A DNA stretch of 64,000 nt. Source: Leptospiraceae bacterium (GTDB taxonomy: Bacteria; Spirochaetota; Leptospiria; Leptospirales; Leptonemataceae). The translations under genes and the position numbers were made by a program. Of this stretch, positions 41,002 to 50,419 are shown one piece after another. Location: contig JAVJNR010000003.1 in assembly GCA_040217195.1 (NCBI GenBank), positions 224,001 to 288,000 of the forward strand. The letters are read 5' to 3'. The notes below the pieces were generated by a model. It searched no databases. It was not told the origin of the DNA and saw only the letters and a program-made list of their open reading frames with translations. Numbering within the stretch: the first letter of the stretch is position 1; each line of letters starts with the position of its first letter.

Positions 41002-42384
41002 ATGGGAAAGAATTTATATGATAAGGTATTCGATGCTCATCTGGTGCAGGAAATAGAGCCAGGTCAATTCCAACTCTTCATGGGATTACATCTAATCCAT
41101 GAAGTGACTTCGCCCCAGGCGTTTTCCATGCTCGAAGAGAATGGATATTCGGTAATGCATCCAGAAAGGACCTTTGCCACGGCAGACCATGTAATTCCCA
41201 CCGGAAGCTCTCAGTTCGCTTCGGAGGAGAATGCACAGATGTTTTCCAGAATTCAAAAAAACACTTCGAATCATGGAATTCGGTTTTTCTCTCCAGAGAA
41301 CCAGGAGCATGGGATTATCCATGTAATTGGACCGGAGTACGGATTAACACAGCCAGGAATGACCGTTTGCTGTGGCGATTCGCATACAAGTACTCATGGA
41401 GCGTTTGGAGCCATAGCATTTGGGATTGGAGCATCCCAGGTCCGAGATGTGCTTGCAAGCCAGACCATGGTTACCGGCCGATTGAAGGTGCGAAAAATTC
41501 AGATCGATGGCGCTCTGTCTGCCGGCGTCTATGCGAAGGATATGGCCTTGCATATAATCAATCGTCTGGGAACCCGGGCCGGCGTAGGTTATGCCTATGA
41601 ATTCGCAGGTACTGCGGTGGAAGCGCTGAGGATGGATGAGCGGATGACATTGTGCAATCTGGCCGTGGAAGCCGGAGCCAGATGCGGATATGTGAATCCA
41701 GATCGGGTAACCTTCGAATTTCTGAAAGGGAAACCTTATTCCCCTGCCCCGGAACACTGGGCCCAGGCCATTCATTACTGGGAATCCATAGCATCCGATC
41801 CTGACGCTCATTTCGACGATGTTGTAGAAATGGACGCTTCAGAAATTCAGCCCATGGTAACCTATGGAATCAATCCAGCGCAATCGGTGGCTGTGGGAGA
41901 GTCCATTCCCGAAAGCGAAGCCGGATTGGAGGAAGCTCTGGAATACATGAAGTTTCGCGCCGGGCAGGCTATGGAAGGCCAGAGAATCAATGTAGCTTTC
42001 ATAGGATCCTGCACCAACGGAAGGTATTCAGACTTCAAGCAGGTTGCCGAACTCCTTTCCACCGGAAATTACCGGGTTGCAGATGGTGTACGCGCTCTGG
42101 TAGTACCTGGATCGGCCGCCATTTACCGAAGGATGCAATCGGAAGGCATGGATAAGATTTTCGAGAATGCAGGATTTTCTTTTCGATCCACCGGATGCTC
42201 CATGTGCCTGGCTATGAATGGAGATCAACTGGAAGGAGATGAAGTTTGCGCCTCTTCTTCCAATCGAAACTTTAAAGGCAGACAGGGCTCGCCCACAGGT
42301 CGTACGCTTTTGATGTCACCCGCCATGGTTGCAGCATCCGCCATTTCTGGAGCCGTGGCAGATCCTCGTAAGGTGTTTGGCTGA
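41002..42384 (+). CDS. leuC: 3-isopropylmalate dehydratase large subunit (or paralogous isomerase)
   Basis: HEVTSPQAF, CGDSHTSTHGAFG, GSCTNGR, GCSMCLAMN, SNRNFKGRQG. Confidence 0.93.
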   Translation: MGKNLYDKVFDAHLVQEIEPGQFQLFMGLHLIHEVTSPQAFSMLEENGYSVMHPERTFATADHVIPTGSSQFASEENAQMFSRIQKNTSNHGIRFFSPENQEHGIIHVIGPEYGLTQPGMTVCCGDSHTSTHGAFGAIAFGIGASQVRDVLASQTMVTGRLKVRKIQIDGALSAGVYAKDMALHIINRLGTRAGVGYAYEFAGTAVEALRMDERMTLCNLAVEAGARCGYVNPDRVTFEFLKGKPYSPAPEHWAQAIHYWESIASDPDAHFDDVVEMDASEIQPMVTYGINPAQSVAVGESIPESEAGLEEALEYMKFRAGQAMEGQRINVAFIGSCTNGRYSDFKQVAELLSTGNYRVADGVRALVVPGSAAIYRRMQSEGMDKIFENAGFSFRSTGCSMCLAMNGDQLEGDEVCASSSNRNFKGRQGSPTGRTLLMSPAMVAASAISGAVADPRKVFG

Positions 42385-43034
42385 TGCCAGGAAAAAAGAA
42401 TAAGGAGTTTTACATGCAAGATAGAATAACAAGAATCCAGGGAACCATGATTCCCATTTACGGCGAAGATGTGGATACAGACCGAATTATCGCTGCCAGA
42501 TACATGAAAGCCCTGGATTTTAGCCAGCTGGCGAAGTTTGTATTTATCGATGAAAGAGAGTCCTTTTCTGCACGAAATGAAATTCATCCCATGGATGATC
42601 CCAGATACTCAGACGCATCGATTTTGGTAGTGGGACGTAATTTTGGCTGTGGAAGCTCAAGAGAACATGCAGTGCAGGCTTTGAAGCGATGGGGCATCCA
42701 GGCGATCATTGGCGAATCTTTCGGCGAAATCTTTCGCGGAAATAGTGTTTCTGCAGGAATGCCCTGCTTTACAGTCAGTTCCGACCAGAGAGCAGAATTG
42801 CAGAACTGGATTGAAAACCATGCCGGAAGCGAAGTGGAAATTGATTTGCAGAATTCGCAATTACGCTGGGAGAAACAATCCGTATCACTGGAAATGCCAG
42901 ATGGAATGTTAAAGCGATTCACATCCGGCGGTTGGAATGAGTTAGGCAGATTGCGAAATGCAGAGTCATTGATTCAGGGTGTTGCATCTAAATTGCCCTA
43001 TATGCACTGGAAAAAGGAAATGGATGTGGCCTGA
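42384..43034 (+). CDS. leuD: 3-isopropylmalate dehydratase small subunit
   Basis: VDTDRII, NFGCGSSREHA, SFGEIF, IDL. Confidence 0.93.
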   Translation: MPGKKNKEFYMQDRITRIQGTMIPIYGEDVDTDRIIAARYMKALDFSQLAKFVFIDERESFSARNEIHPMDDPRYSDASILVVGRNFGCGSSREHAVQALKRWGIQAIIGESFGEIFRGNSVSAGMPCFTVSSDQRAELQNWIENHAGSEVEIDLQNSQLRWEKQSVSLEMPDGMLKRFTSGGWNELGRLRNAESLIQGVASKLPYMHWKKEMDVA

Positions 43035-43141
43035 GCCATTCATCTAAATCTCATGGGGACCACTTCTTGAACGAGTGGTCCTTTTTTTTATTGATACTAA
43101 CTTTCCTCTGCATTACCCTGAAGGCGGCCATTGGAGGATTC

Positions 43142-43612
43142 ATGCTCACAGTAATTAACACCGTGGTGGCCGGTCTGATTGCCACTCTGGGAATGTCGGT
43201 GGTCATGTACAGTATACATGCCATGGGAGTAGCCAACGCCGATATGATTCGAGCGCTGGGCTCTTTAATCACTCGAACTAAAGAAAAAGCTCTTCCTGCA
43301 GGATTAATCGCTCATCTAATTTCTGGAATGATGTTCGCATTCCCGTATGCAATTATCATCAGCTCCTTTCCTCAAGCTTCAGGTGCTACAGCGCCATCTC
43401 TGGGGGCCCTTCTGGGACTGTTTCATGGATTTGTATTTAGTTTCATAATGATCGCTCTGGTGGCGGAAAACCATCCTTTAGATGAATACAAGAAAGTAGG
43501 AGTTTCGGTGGCCATCGCTCATATAGCCGGTCACGTAGCCTACGGTGTACTGATCGGACTTATGGTCTATTTGCTTCCCATTAGCTATGGCTTTCAGCTG
43601 ACTGTTCAGTAA
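43142..43612 (+). CDS. 4-TM membrane protein, related to 24637-25092
   Basis: GGAGG RBS; AGLIATLGM, AHLISG, GHVAYG. Confidence 0.75.
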   Translation: MLTVINTVVAGLIATLGMSVVMYSIHAMGVANADMIRALGSLITRTKEKALPAGLIAHLISGMMFAFPYAIIISSFPQASGATAPSLGALLGLFHGFVFSFIMIALVAENHPLDEYKKVGVSVAIAHIAGHVAYGVLIGLMVYLLPISYGFQLTVQ

Positions 43613-43714
43613 GCAAAATTCAGTAATAAGAAAGTAGAATTGTAACTACCAGGATGTCATGAAGGCAGAAAGATTTTGCTGGTAGATGAATAATGCAGCA
43701 GCCAGAGTGGGTCG

Positions 43715-44101
43715 GTGAAGCTTACCCTGCGGCTAGCTGCTCTCTATAATCTAACCTGGGGCGCCTACGTTCTATTGTTCCCTCAGAGTTTCTTCCAGAT
43801 TCTGGAAATGGAGCCCATCAATCATGTGGCCATCTGGCAGGGCATGGGCATGGTAATAGGAGTCTACGGTGTTGCCTACTGGTTGGCATCGTATGATCCC
43901 ATCAGACACTGGCCCATAGTTGCAGCCGGATTACTGGGAAAAACTCTGGGTCCGCTGGGTTATGCATACAACGCATTGCAGGGAAATATGGATCCTGCTT
44001 TTGGCTTCACATTACTCACCAATGATTTGATCTGGTGGATTCCTTTTCTATACATCTTAAATCAAGCGAGGAAAAATGGATGGCCTTTAAGAGAAACTTG
44101 A
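43715..44101 (+). CDS. small membrane protein
   Basis: YNLTWG, WQGMGMVIGVYG, DPIRHWPIV, TNDLIWWIPF. Confidence 0.75.
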   Translation: MKLTLRLAALYNLTWGAYVLLFPQSFFQILEMEPINHVAIWQGMGMVIGVYGVAYWLASYDPIRHWPIVAAGLLGKTLGPLGYAYNALQGNMDPAFGFTLLTNDLIWWIPFLYILNQARKNGWPLRET

Positions 44102-44478
44102 AACTGGCAGGAAGATATCTGCTGGGACTATTCTACATTGCTGCAGGTATCAATCATTTTATTAGCCCGGATTTCTACGTTGCTATCATACCACCCTACT
44201 TCCCTTACCCGGAAGTGATCAACATTCTGGCCGGAGTTGTGGAGATAGCCCTGGGTGCAATGGTATTTGTAAGTTCAACCATGCGCTGGGCCTGCTACGG
44301 CATTCTTGCAATGCTCATCGCCTTTATACCGGTGCATGTTTATTTTATTCAGGTGGGCTCTTGCATCGAAGGCTCCCTGTGCACCCCGGAATGGCTGGGC
44401 TGGGTAAGACTGGTAGTCGTTCATCCATTGTTGCTTCTGTGGGCTTACGGTGTTTCTCGTATCAAACCTACAGATTAA
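44080..44478 (+). CDS. DoxX-like membrane protein
   Basis: FYIAAGINHF..PDFY..IIPPY, GVVEI, FIPVH. Confidence 0.85.
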   Translation: MAFKRNLKLAGRYLLGLFYIAAGINHFISPDFYVAIIPPYFPYPEVINILAGVVEIALGAMVFVSSTMRWACYGILAMLIAFIPVHVYFIQVGSCIEGSLCTPEWLGWVRLVVVHPLLLLWAYGVSRIKPTD

Positions 44479-44505
44479 GCGCCGTACTATCGAATACACT
44501 GAGAG

Positions 44506-45588
44506 TTATTTCTGGCCTGACGCTACTTTGGCGCAAGAGCTAAAGGCCAGCTCTTCGATTGCATCTCGAAATACATTACCTTTCAAAAGGACGGCCGAAA
44601 CATGCCCTCCAGGTACGGTTCGTAACAGTGAACCTTTCCAGTGTTCATGCAATGCTCGAACCGATCGATAGGGCACATAGCCATCCTGATGAGCACCCAC
44701 TAGAATAGCCCTGGATGGATCCCTGGGGGCTGCATAGTTGCGAAGATCGGCCACTGACATTAAGCGATAAAGCCTTCGCTTAGCAATAGATGTATTGGCC
44801 GGCACATCTTGATCTATAAAGGATACCTGCTCCGAAATTACCCCTCCGAAGAATTGCGCAAGCTCGGGCGCAAGCCGTTGCCAGTCCACGCGATTGGAAA
44901 GTGCACCATAGCAAAACGCAGGCCCTGGACCTACGGGAGCAATGCAGGCAGCCACAGAAACTGCCAGTTCTGAAGATGCAGCCACCGATGCAGCCATAGC
45001 ACCGCCCATGCTTACTCCTGTAACGCCCAGGTTCGTATAACCCAATTCATTCAGCCACTTCAGTAGGGACAGTCCCTCTAAAATGGTAGCCTGATTCATC
45101 TTGAATTGATCGCTTACTGTTTCTATTACGAAATCCTTCTGATCCGCTGGCCTGCGTCTGCCATAATAGGGGTTTTCCAGGATAACAGAGGCGATCCCTT
45201 TTCGTGCAAGAGGCTCGGCCAATAGCATTCTGCGAGGCAATGTGCTTTCATCGCCGGTGGCGGCGAAATGGATAAAGATTGGAATATCCTTTCCGGGATG
45301 ACCGGCACCGGATTCAGGCAGGGTCATTTCGATATAGGCAGTCTTACTTTCTTCGGGCAACCAGGAAGCCGGGCTACTAAAACTGGCCAATCTTCGAACA
45401 AATCCGGGGCCCTTTTGCTCACTTTCAATTGTAACCCGGGCCGAAGAAACCTGGGAAGTTACTGGCAGGCTTCGAAGAAAATCCTGATCCCCCAGGCCAT
45501 CTGAGAAAAACATTCTGGGACTTGCCATCCTGGAAACAAGATGATCCAGTCCATTCCATAGTTTGTTTACATTAAGCATTCTATTCAC
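44506..45588 (-). CDS. alpha/beta hydrolase ABHD18/DUF2048 family
   Basis: AATGD, LENPYYGRRRP, GVSMGG, DGYVP, GGHVSA. Confidence 0.88.
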   Translation of the reverse strand: MNRMLNVNKLWNGLDHLVSRMASPRMFFSDGLGDQDFLRSLPVTSQVSSARVTIESEQKGPGFVRRLASFSSPASWLPEESKTAYIEMTLPESGAGHPGKDIPIFIHFAATGDESTLPRRMLLAEPLARKGIASVILENPYYGRRRPADQKDFVIETVSDQFKMNQATILEGLSLLKWLNELGYTNLGVTGVSMGGAMAASVAASSELAVSVAACIAPVGPGPAFCYGALSNRVDWQRLAPELAQFFGGVISEQVSFIDQDVPANTSIAKRRLYRLMSVADLRNYAAPRDPSRAILVGAHQDGYVPYRSVRALHEHWKGSLLRTVPGGHVSAVLLKGNVFRDAIEELAFSSCAKVASGQK

Positions 45589-45706
45589 CTTTTCCCGGTC
45601 AGGTTTCCTGGTTTGCTTTGCCGGCTTGCATTACCCTGGTCTTTGCTTTTCTGTGCCAATTAGTTCTACCAGGAAGTATACCTGTTGCATTCTATATTAC
45701 TGAGGT

Positions 45707-46183
45707 CTATTTTCGAGCAGGCATTCGAAAGACCTGGAATTGAGACGTTGCCCTGGCCACAATTTTACCTCTTTCATCGCTGGCCACTGCTTCCATTATC
45801 ATGTTTGTCCTGCTTCGGCTAAGCACAGTTGCAGTAACGAATAGCCTCTTTCCTGCTGCAATACCGCGCACATAGTCCAGATTCATGGACAAAGTGACGG
45901 CCGCCCCTCCGGAGACCAGTAGAGAAAGTGGTCCCATTGTATTGTCAATGGCTGCAGCAATCATTCCTCCCTGCATTCTATGCATGGGATTGTTATACTC
46001 TTCTTTGACAGGAAAGGAGGCACGAAGGCTTTTTCCCGGCTGGTAGGACTCGATCTTAGCTTCCATAAACCGGAACACAGCCGGAGGTATCTCCAGCCCC
46101 TGGGCCTCTGCCTCCGGGGCCGCAGCCTTCAACTGCTCAAGAATGGCCGATTCCTCGATAATTACATCCTGCTGAGTTTCCAT
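45707..46183 (-). CDS. PaaI family thioesterase
   Basis: NPMHRMQGGMIAAAIDNTMG. Confidence 0.9.
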   Translation of the reverse strand: METQQDVIIEESAILEQLKAAAPEAEAQGLEIPPAVFRFMEAKIESYQPGKSLRASFPVKEEYNNPMHRMQGGMIAAAIDNTMGPLSLLVSGGAAVTLSMNLDYVRGIAAGKRLFVTATVLSRSRTNMIMEAVASDERGKIVARATSQFQVFRMPARK

Positions 46184-46234
46184 AGCCTTCCTCCCATTGC
46201 CCTGGGCTTACCCTGATCGGTTGCCCGGGAGCCC

Positions 46235-46298
46235 AATGTTAATTGCATTAACATTCATAACCAGAAAAACACCGCCCAATGTTAACGGCCATAACATT
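46235..46298. promoter_or_regulatory. two TetR operator palindromes
   Basis: AATGTTAAT-TGC-ATTAACATT (46235-46255) and AATGTTAAC-GGC-CATAACATT (46278-46298) between divergent PaaI and TetR genes. Confidence 0.8.
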
Positions 46299-46337
46299 TT
46301 TTACTGACCATTGAGAGAATTCTATCATTCTGGAGAT

Positions 46338-46985
46338 ATGGCCGATTCAGCCCAGAAACCCGACTCCTACCACCATGGTGCTTTAAAGAATGCCTTGCTG
46401 GAAAGCGGAGTGCAGATCATTCAATTGGAAGGTATCCATGGTCTCACCTTGAGCAAAGTGGCCCGAAAACAGGGCGTTAGTGCAGCGGCCGTATACAGGC
46501 ATTATGAATCCAAAGAAGCGTTGCTGGCCGCCATTGCGGCCCAGGGTTTCGACGCTTTGAGAGAAGCTCTGGATCAGAATCTCTCGAAGCCCATTGCAGA
46601 TACCAGGGTCTTCTTTAGACGATGCGTGGAAGCATACGTAGATCTCGCTCTATCCAGGCCCCGACATTACGATCTAATGTTTGGAGGAATCATTCCCGAT
46701 CAATCCCGATATCCAGAACTATACAGAGCCGGCCAATCTGCATTCCAAAGATTAATAGAATCCATTCGCATTTGCCAGAGACGAGGTTTGTTTCGAAAGA
46801 GAAAGCCCATCATCATGGCCTTTCATGTCTGGAGCACCATGCATGGTTTCGCAATGCTCCACAATTCAGGGCAGAATCCGTTGCAGCCCCGGGAAACAGC
46901 CGATCTTCGCAGCCAGATTGGATTGATGGTTCAACTACTACGAAGAGGACTGGATGTGGATGCAGGAAGAGGACCCATCGCTTGA
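46338..46985 (+). CDS. TetR family regulator (WHG-type C-terminus)
   Basis: YHHGALK, GVSAAAVYRHY, WSTMHG. Confidence 0.93.
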   Translation: MADSAQKPDSYHHGALKNALLESGVQIIQLEGIHGLTLSKVARKQGVSAAAVYRHYESKEALLAAIAAQGFDALREALDQNLSKPIADTRVFFRRCVEAYVDLALSRPRHYDLMFGGIIPDQSRYPELYRAGQSAFQRLIESIRICQRRGLFRKRKPIIMAFHVWSTMHGFAMLHNSGQNPLQPRETADLRSQIGLMVQLLRRGLDVDAGRGPIA

Positions 46986-48169
46986 ATTTAAAGTTAATAA
47001 AAATTCGCATTTCCGGAGCTCTTTCTAGATTGCATCCGTCCAGGGCGGTAAGCGCGATACTGGCATTCCTTTCTGACCGAAAGACAGGCATCTTTTCAGT
47101 AATACGACCGCAATTTCCGCTAATCCTTTCGCTTCTAATTGTGGCAGTACTGCCGGGCTGTTTCACCATTGTAGCATGGATGATTCGTCCCTCCCATTCT
47201 TTTGAGGAAGAAAAAGCTACCGCTGCCCCGGATTACTCTATAATTGAATTCTGGGCAGCCTCCCCTGACAAGACAGATGAAGCCGATCATGTACCTAATC
47301 ATTCAGGACTAAGCGATTTACAGTCTTCAGCAAAGGTGGATGTATTTTTTGTACATCCAACCAGCTACCTGGGCCAGACCTGGAATGCAGATGCATCTAC
47401 TTACCGCACGCAAACATCAGATACGGATGTTATTCGGCAAGCCTCTGTATTCAATGGTGCAGCAAGGATATTCGCACCCAGGTACAGGCAGGCCACCATG
47501 GGAACGTTTGTTGACCTGGACAGCCCGGATAGCAATAAGGCATTGGATCGAGCTTACTCGGATGTCCGCCGTGCATTTCTTTATTATCTGGAACATATGA
47601 ATCAGGGGCGCCCCTACATCCTGGCAGGACACAGTCAGGGCGCCTTTATGGTTCTTCGCTTGATGCAGGAATTTCTGGATCAACCGATTACGCGAAGGGA
47701 TGAGCGTTTCATTGTATCCTACGCACCCGGAGCAGCAATCTACACTGATCAATTTCGCAATTTAAAGCCATGCAATTCTCCAGAGCAATTGAGCTGTTAT
47801 ATTTCCTGGAACTCCAGAGTCTGGGGTGTTGAGATCCAGGGAGCGAAGGATGTAAATGCAAGACTAAAGGACAGTGTTTGCATTAATCCAGTAAGCTGGC
47901 GCAGATCCGATGAAACTAGCAATCGGAAGGATCATCTGGGAAGTATTCGCAAAGATTTCCAGACTCTGGATACTCAGTTTCTGGAAGCCAGATGCCAGAA
48001 TTCCATTCTCTGGGTTCGCCTGAAAAATTCGGAGCTATATCAATCCAGTTTCCAGAAAAATAATCTGCACCCTATGGATATGAATCTGTTTTATCTGGAT
48101 TTGCGAAAGAATGCCCGGGTCAGGATTTCTGCCCATCAATCAAAGCATCCGGGCTATTACACAGATTAA
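46982..48169 (+). CDS. DUF3089 family alpha/beta-hydrolase-fold lipoprotein; start uncertain
   Basis: DVFFVHPT, FAPRYRQA, AYSDVRRAF, GRPYILAGHSQG, CINP. Confidence 0.88.
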   Translation: MNLKLIKIRISGALSRLHPSRAVSAILAFLSDRKTGIFSVIRPQFPLILSLLIVAVLPGCFTIVAWMIRPSHSFEEEKATAAPDYSIIEFWAASPDKTDEADHVPNHSGLSDLQSSAKVDVFFVHPTSYLGQTWNADASTYRTQTSDTDVIRQASVFNGAARIFAPRYRQATMGTFVDLDSPDSNKALDRAYSDVRRAFLYYLEHMNQGRPYILAGHSQGAFMVLRLMQEFLDQPITRRDERFIVSYAPGAAIYTDQFRNLKPCNSPEQLSCYISWNSRVWGVEIQGAKDVNARLKDSVCINPVSWRRSDETSNRKDHLGSIRKDFQTLDTQFLEARCQNSILWVRLKNSELYQSSFQKNNLHPMDMNLFYLDLRKNARVRISAHQSKHPGYYTD

Positions 48170-48286
48170 GGCAAGCCACAGAGCGACTACAAAGACGTAC
48201 CGTCCCATCAGGGCCACTACGCGGCCCAACTAGAGCACTACGGCCACGAAAAAGAATAACGGCCGCAGACCAGCTACCACACCGAC

Positions 48287-48360
48287 TACCCAGGGCATCA
48301 AGGTCGCCGCACGAGTTACCCAGGGCATCAAGGTCGCCGCACGGGTTACCCAGGGCATCA
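48287..48360. repeat. 30-bp tandem repeat, about 2.5 copies
   Basis: TACCCAGGGCATCAAGGTCGCCGCACG(A/G)GT at 48287 and 48317, partial copy at 48347. Confidence 0.9.
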
Positions 48361-48545
48361 TGTCCACGACATAGAGTGTCTGAGACAACCGGGCCAATAC
48401 ACAGGGTTACTGAATGATTCCGCGGAAGGGGAAGCTCGGGTATTTTATGCAGACCCGATCATATATTTTTTCCGTAACCGATTTGCACTACGAGACACTA
48501 ACTTAAGGTATTGGCCAGAATGATTTTTCTGTAAGGGAGTGCATT

Positions 48546-49271
48546 ATGAATACGCCAGTGGAAGTGCGAAAAACGTTACATCGATCCTCCAGCCGAGGAG
48601 GTGCCAATTTTGGATGGCTACAGAGCAGACATACTTTCAGTTTTGGAAATTACTTTGATGCAGAGAGAGTAAACTTTGGTGCATTGAGGGTGCTCAACGA
48701 TGATCAAGTAGCCCCGGCAGCAGGATTCCCAACGCATCCCCATGATAACATGGAAATCGTAAGCATTCCCTTGAGCGGAGCCCTGGAACACAAAGATACA
48801 ACAGGTACCGACGGGATAATTCGAACGGGAGATGTGCAGATTATGTCTGCAGGGACCGGAATCGCTCATTCCGAGTTCAATCATTCCAGCGAAGAAGCAG
48901 TGAAGTTTTTGCAGATCTGGGTCCTTCCCAAAAAGAGAGATATCCATCCCAGGTATGATCAGAAGGCTTTTCTTAGCGAGGATCGCAAGAACCGATTCCA
49001 GCTTATGGTCTCGCCAGATGAATCAGAAAGTACTCTCTGGATCAATCAGAATGCATATTTCTCCATGGCGGACCTGGATAAAGGAATGACCATCGATTAT
49101 GCGATGAGTGATACTTCCAACGGAGCCTATTTCTTTATCATCGAAGGATCGGCCAACGTAGGTGAAGAAATCCTGGAATACAGGGATGGACTGGGCCTGT
49201 ATGGTGCACCCTCTGTTTCCATCCGGGCCACAGCACCCACAAGTATCCTGGCGATTGAAGTGCCAATGTAG
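48546..49271 (+). CDS. pirin family protein (YhhW-like)
   Basis: GWLQSRHTFSF, LRVLNDD, HPHDNMEI, MSAGTGIAHSE, LQIW. Confidence 0.95.
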   Translation: MNTPVEVRKTLHRSSSRGGANFGWLQSRHTFSFGNYFDAERVNFGALRVLNDDQVAPAAGFPTHPHDNMEIVSIPLSGALEHKDTTGTDGIIRTGDVQIMSAGTGIAHSEFNHSSEEAVKFLQIWVLPKKRDIHPRYDQKAFLSEDRKNRFQLMVSPDESESTLWINQNAYFSMADLDKGMTIDYAMSDTSNGAYFFIIEGSANVGEEILEYRDGLGLYGAPSVSIRATAPTSILAIEVPM

Positions 49272-49402
49272 GGAGTAGCTGCAGGCGCGCCCGGGGAAGT
49301 GTCCATGAGCCAGGATCCCACTGGATGCCGCCGACTATCCGCATAGTGCTGACGGCGGGCATGGCCCGGGCCTGCGGGGGCCGTATCGCATTACGGAAAA
49401 CC

Positions 49403-49957
49403 CTATTTTCCGGAGGCACGCAGCTTCCGGACGTAGAGCTCTTTTTTCACCAGGGCTACAACTTCGCCCTGCTCTCCTTTAATTTCCACCTCATAATGGC
49501 GGATGCTCTTTCGCTCTTTTTCAACTGTGCGCTTGATTTCTTCCAGTTCTTCTCTGGAAATATGAAAGACCGCATGCACCTCTCCAGTGCCCGGACGAAT
49601 AAAATCTATGGAGGCCCCTTTGTCCCAGACCATGTACTGCGGCCCCAGGTTACGAATTAGAAGTGCCATGTAGAACGGATCACACATGGAGTACAGAGAT
49701 CCACCGAACTGTGTACCTACATAGTTGGTATTACTTAGTTCCAGAGGCATTCGCACCTCGATTGTATAATCGTCAATGATACGGGGACGAATGGATGCTC
49801 CGCGATAGGGACCAAAGAAATCAAAGCTTTCTTCGAAGCCGTAGGTATCTTGAAGAAACCTCCAGAGCGGATGCACCTCAAAACTCAGTCGACCGGATCT
49901 AGAATTCTTCTCGGATGACTCTTCCTGATTCGATTTTTCCTGGTTCGAATTTGCCAT
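49403..49957 (-). CDS. DUF4442 / hotdog-fold protein
   Basis: NYVGTQFGGSLYSMCDPFYM, VWDKGASIDF. Confidence 0.9.
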   Translation of the reverse strand: MANSNQEKSNQEESSEKNSRSGRLSFEVHPLWRFLQDTYGFEESFDFFGPYRGASIRPRIIDDYTIEVRMPLELSNTNYVGTQFGGSLYSMCDPFYMALLIRNLGPQYMVWDKGASIDFIRPGTGEVHAVFHISREELEEIKRTVEKERKSIRHYEVEIKGEQGEVVALVKKELYVRKLRASGK

Positions 49958-50306
49958 TCATCCAGTTGCTGAATCCGACCAAAAAAGGCCAGCGCAATAG
50001 TAGAGCCCCATACCCATCCGCCTTTCCAACGACCTCTATTTCGAACTTCTCAGATTGCCCGGACCGTTTCTGCCGTCAAAGTTCCAGACAAACCGTCCGA
50101 AAGGGCCCGAGCCAATGGAAAAGCGAAACCAGCAAGCAGGCTGGAAAGGCACCGAACTGGATCACTCGAATCCAGCAATCCTACCCTACTACCTCCGGTG
50201 GGACTACTCGGGAACATCCCGGCCTTTGGCTGCGCTCTTTTCGTCTAAGATCCGCAATGCAGTCAGAAATTTTGCCTTTTCCGGTGGGCCTGCTCGCAGG
50301 ACAGAG

Positions 50307-50335
50307 TTGACAAAGGGGCCGGTCCACAGAATTTT
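50307..50335 (+). promoter_or_regulatory. putative sigma70 promoter of the tRNA
   Basis: TTGACA at 50307-50312, 17-nt spacer, AATTTT. Confidence 0.45.
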
Positions 50336-50346
50336 GCCTCTGACAC

Positions 50347-50419
50347 TCCCCTGTAGCTCAGTTGGTAGAGCAGTTGACTGTTAATCAATTGGTCGTAGGT
50401 TCGAGTCCTACCGGGGGAG
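50347..50419 (+). tRNA. tRNA-Asn (GTT), CCA not encoded
   Basis: TCCCCTG acceptor stem, AGCTCAGTTGGTAGAGC D-arm, GTTGA-CTGTTAA-TCAAT anticodon arm, GGTTCGAGTCC T-arm. Confidence 0.97.

Noticed and set aside
46622..46981. N-terminal extension of the DUF3089 ORF
   Set aside because: It lies inside the TetR gene in another frame.
48287..48360. Mini-CRISPR interpretation of the 30-bp repeat
   Set aside because: The units are head-to-tail with near-identical intervening sequence; there are no unique spacers.
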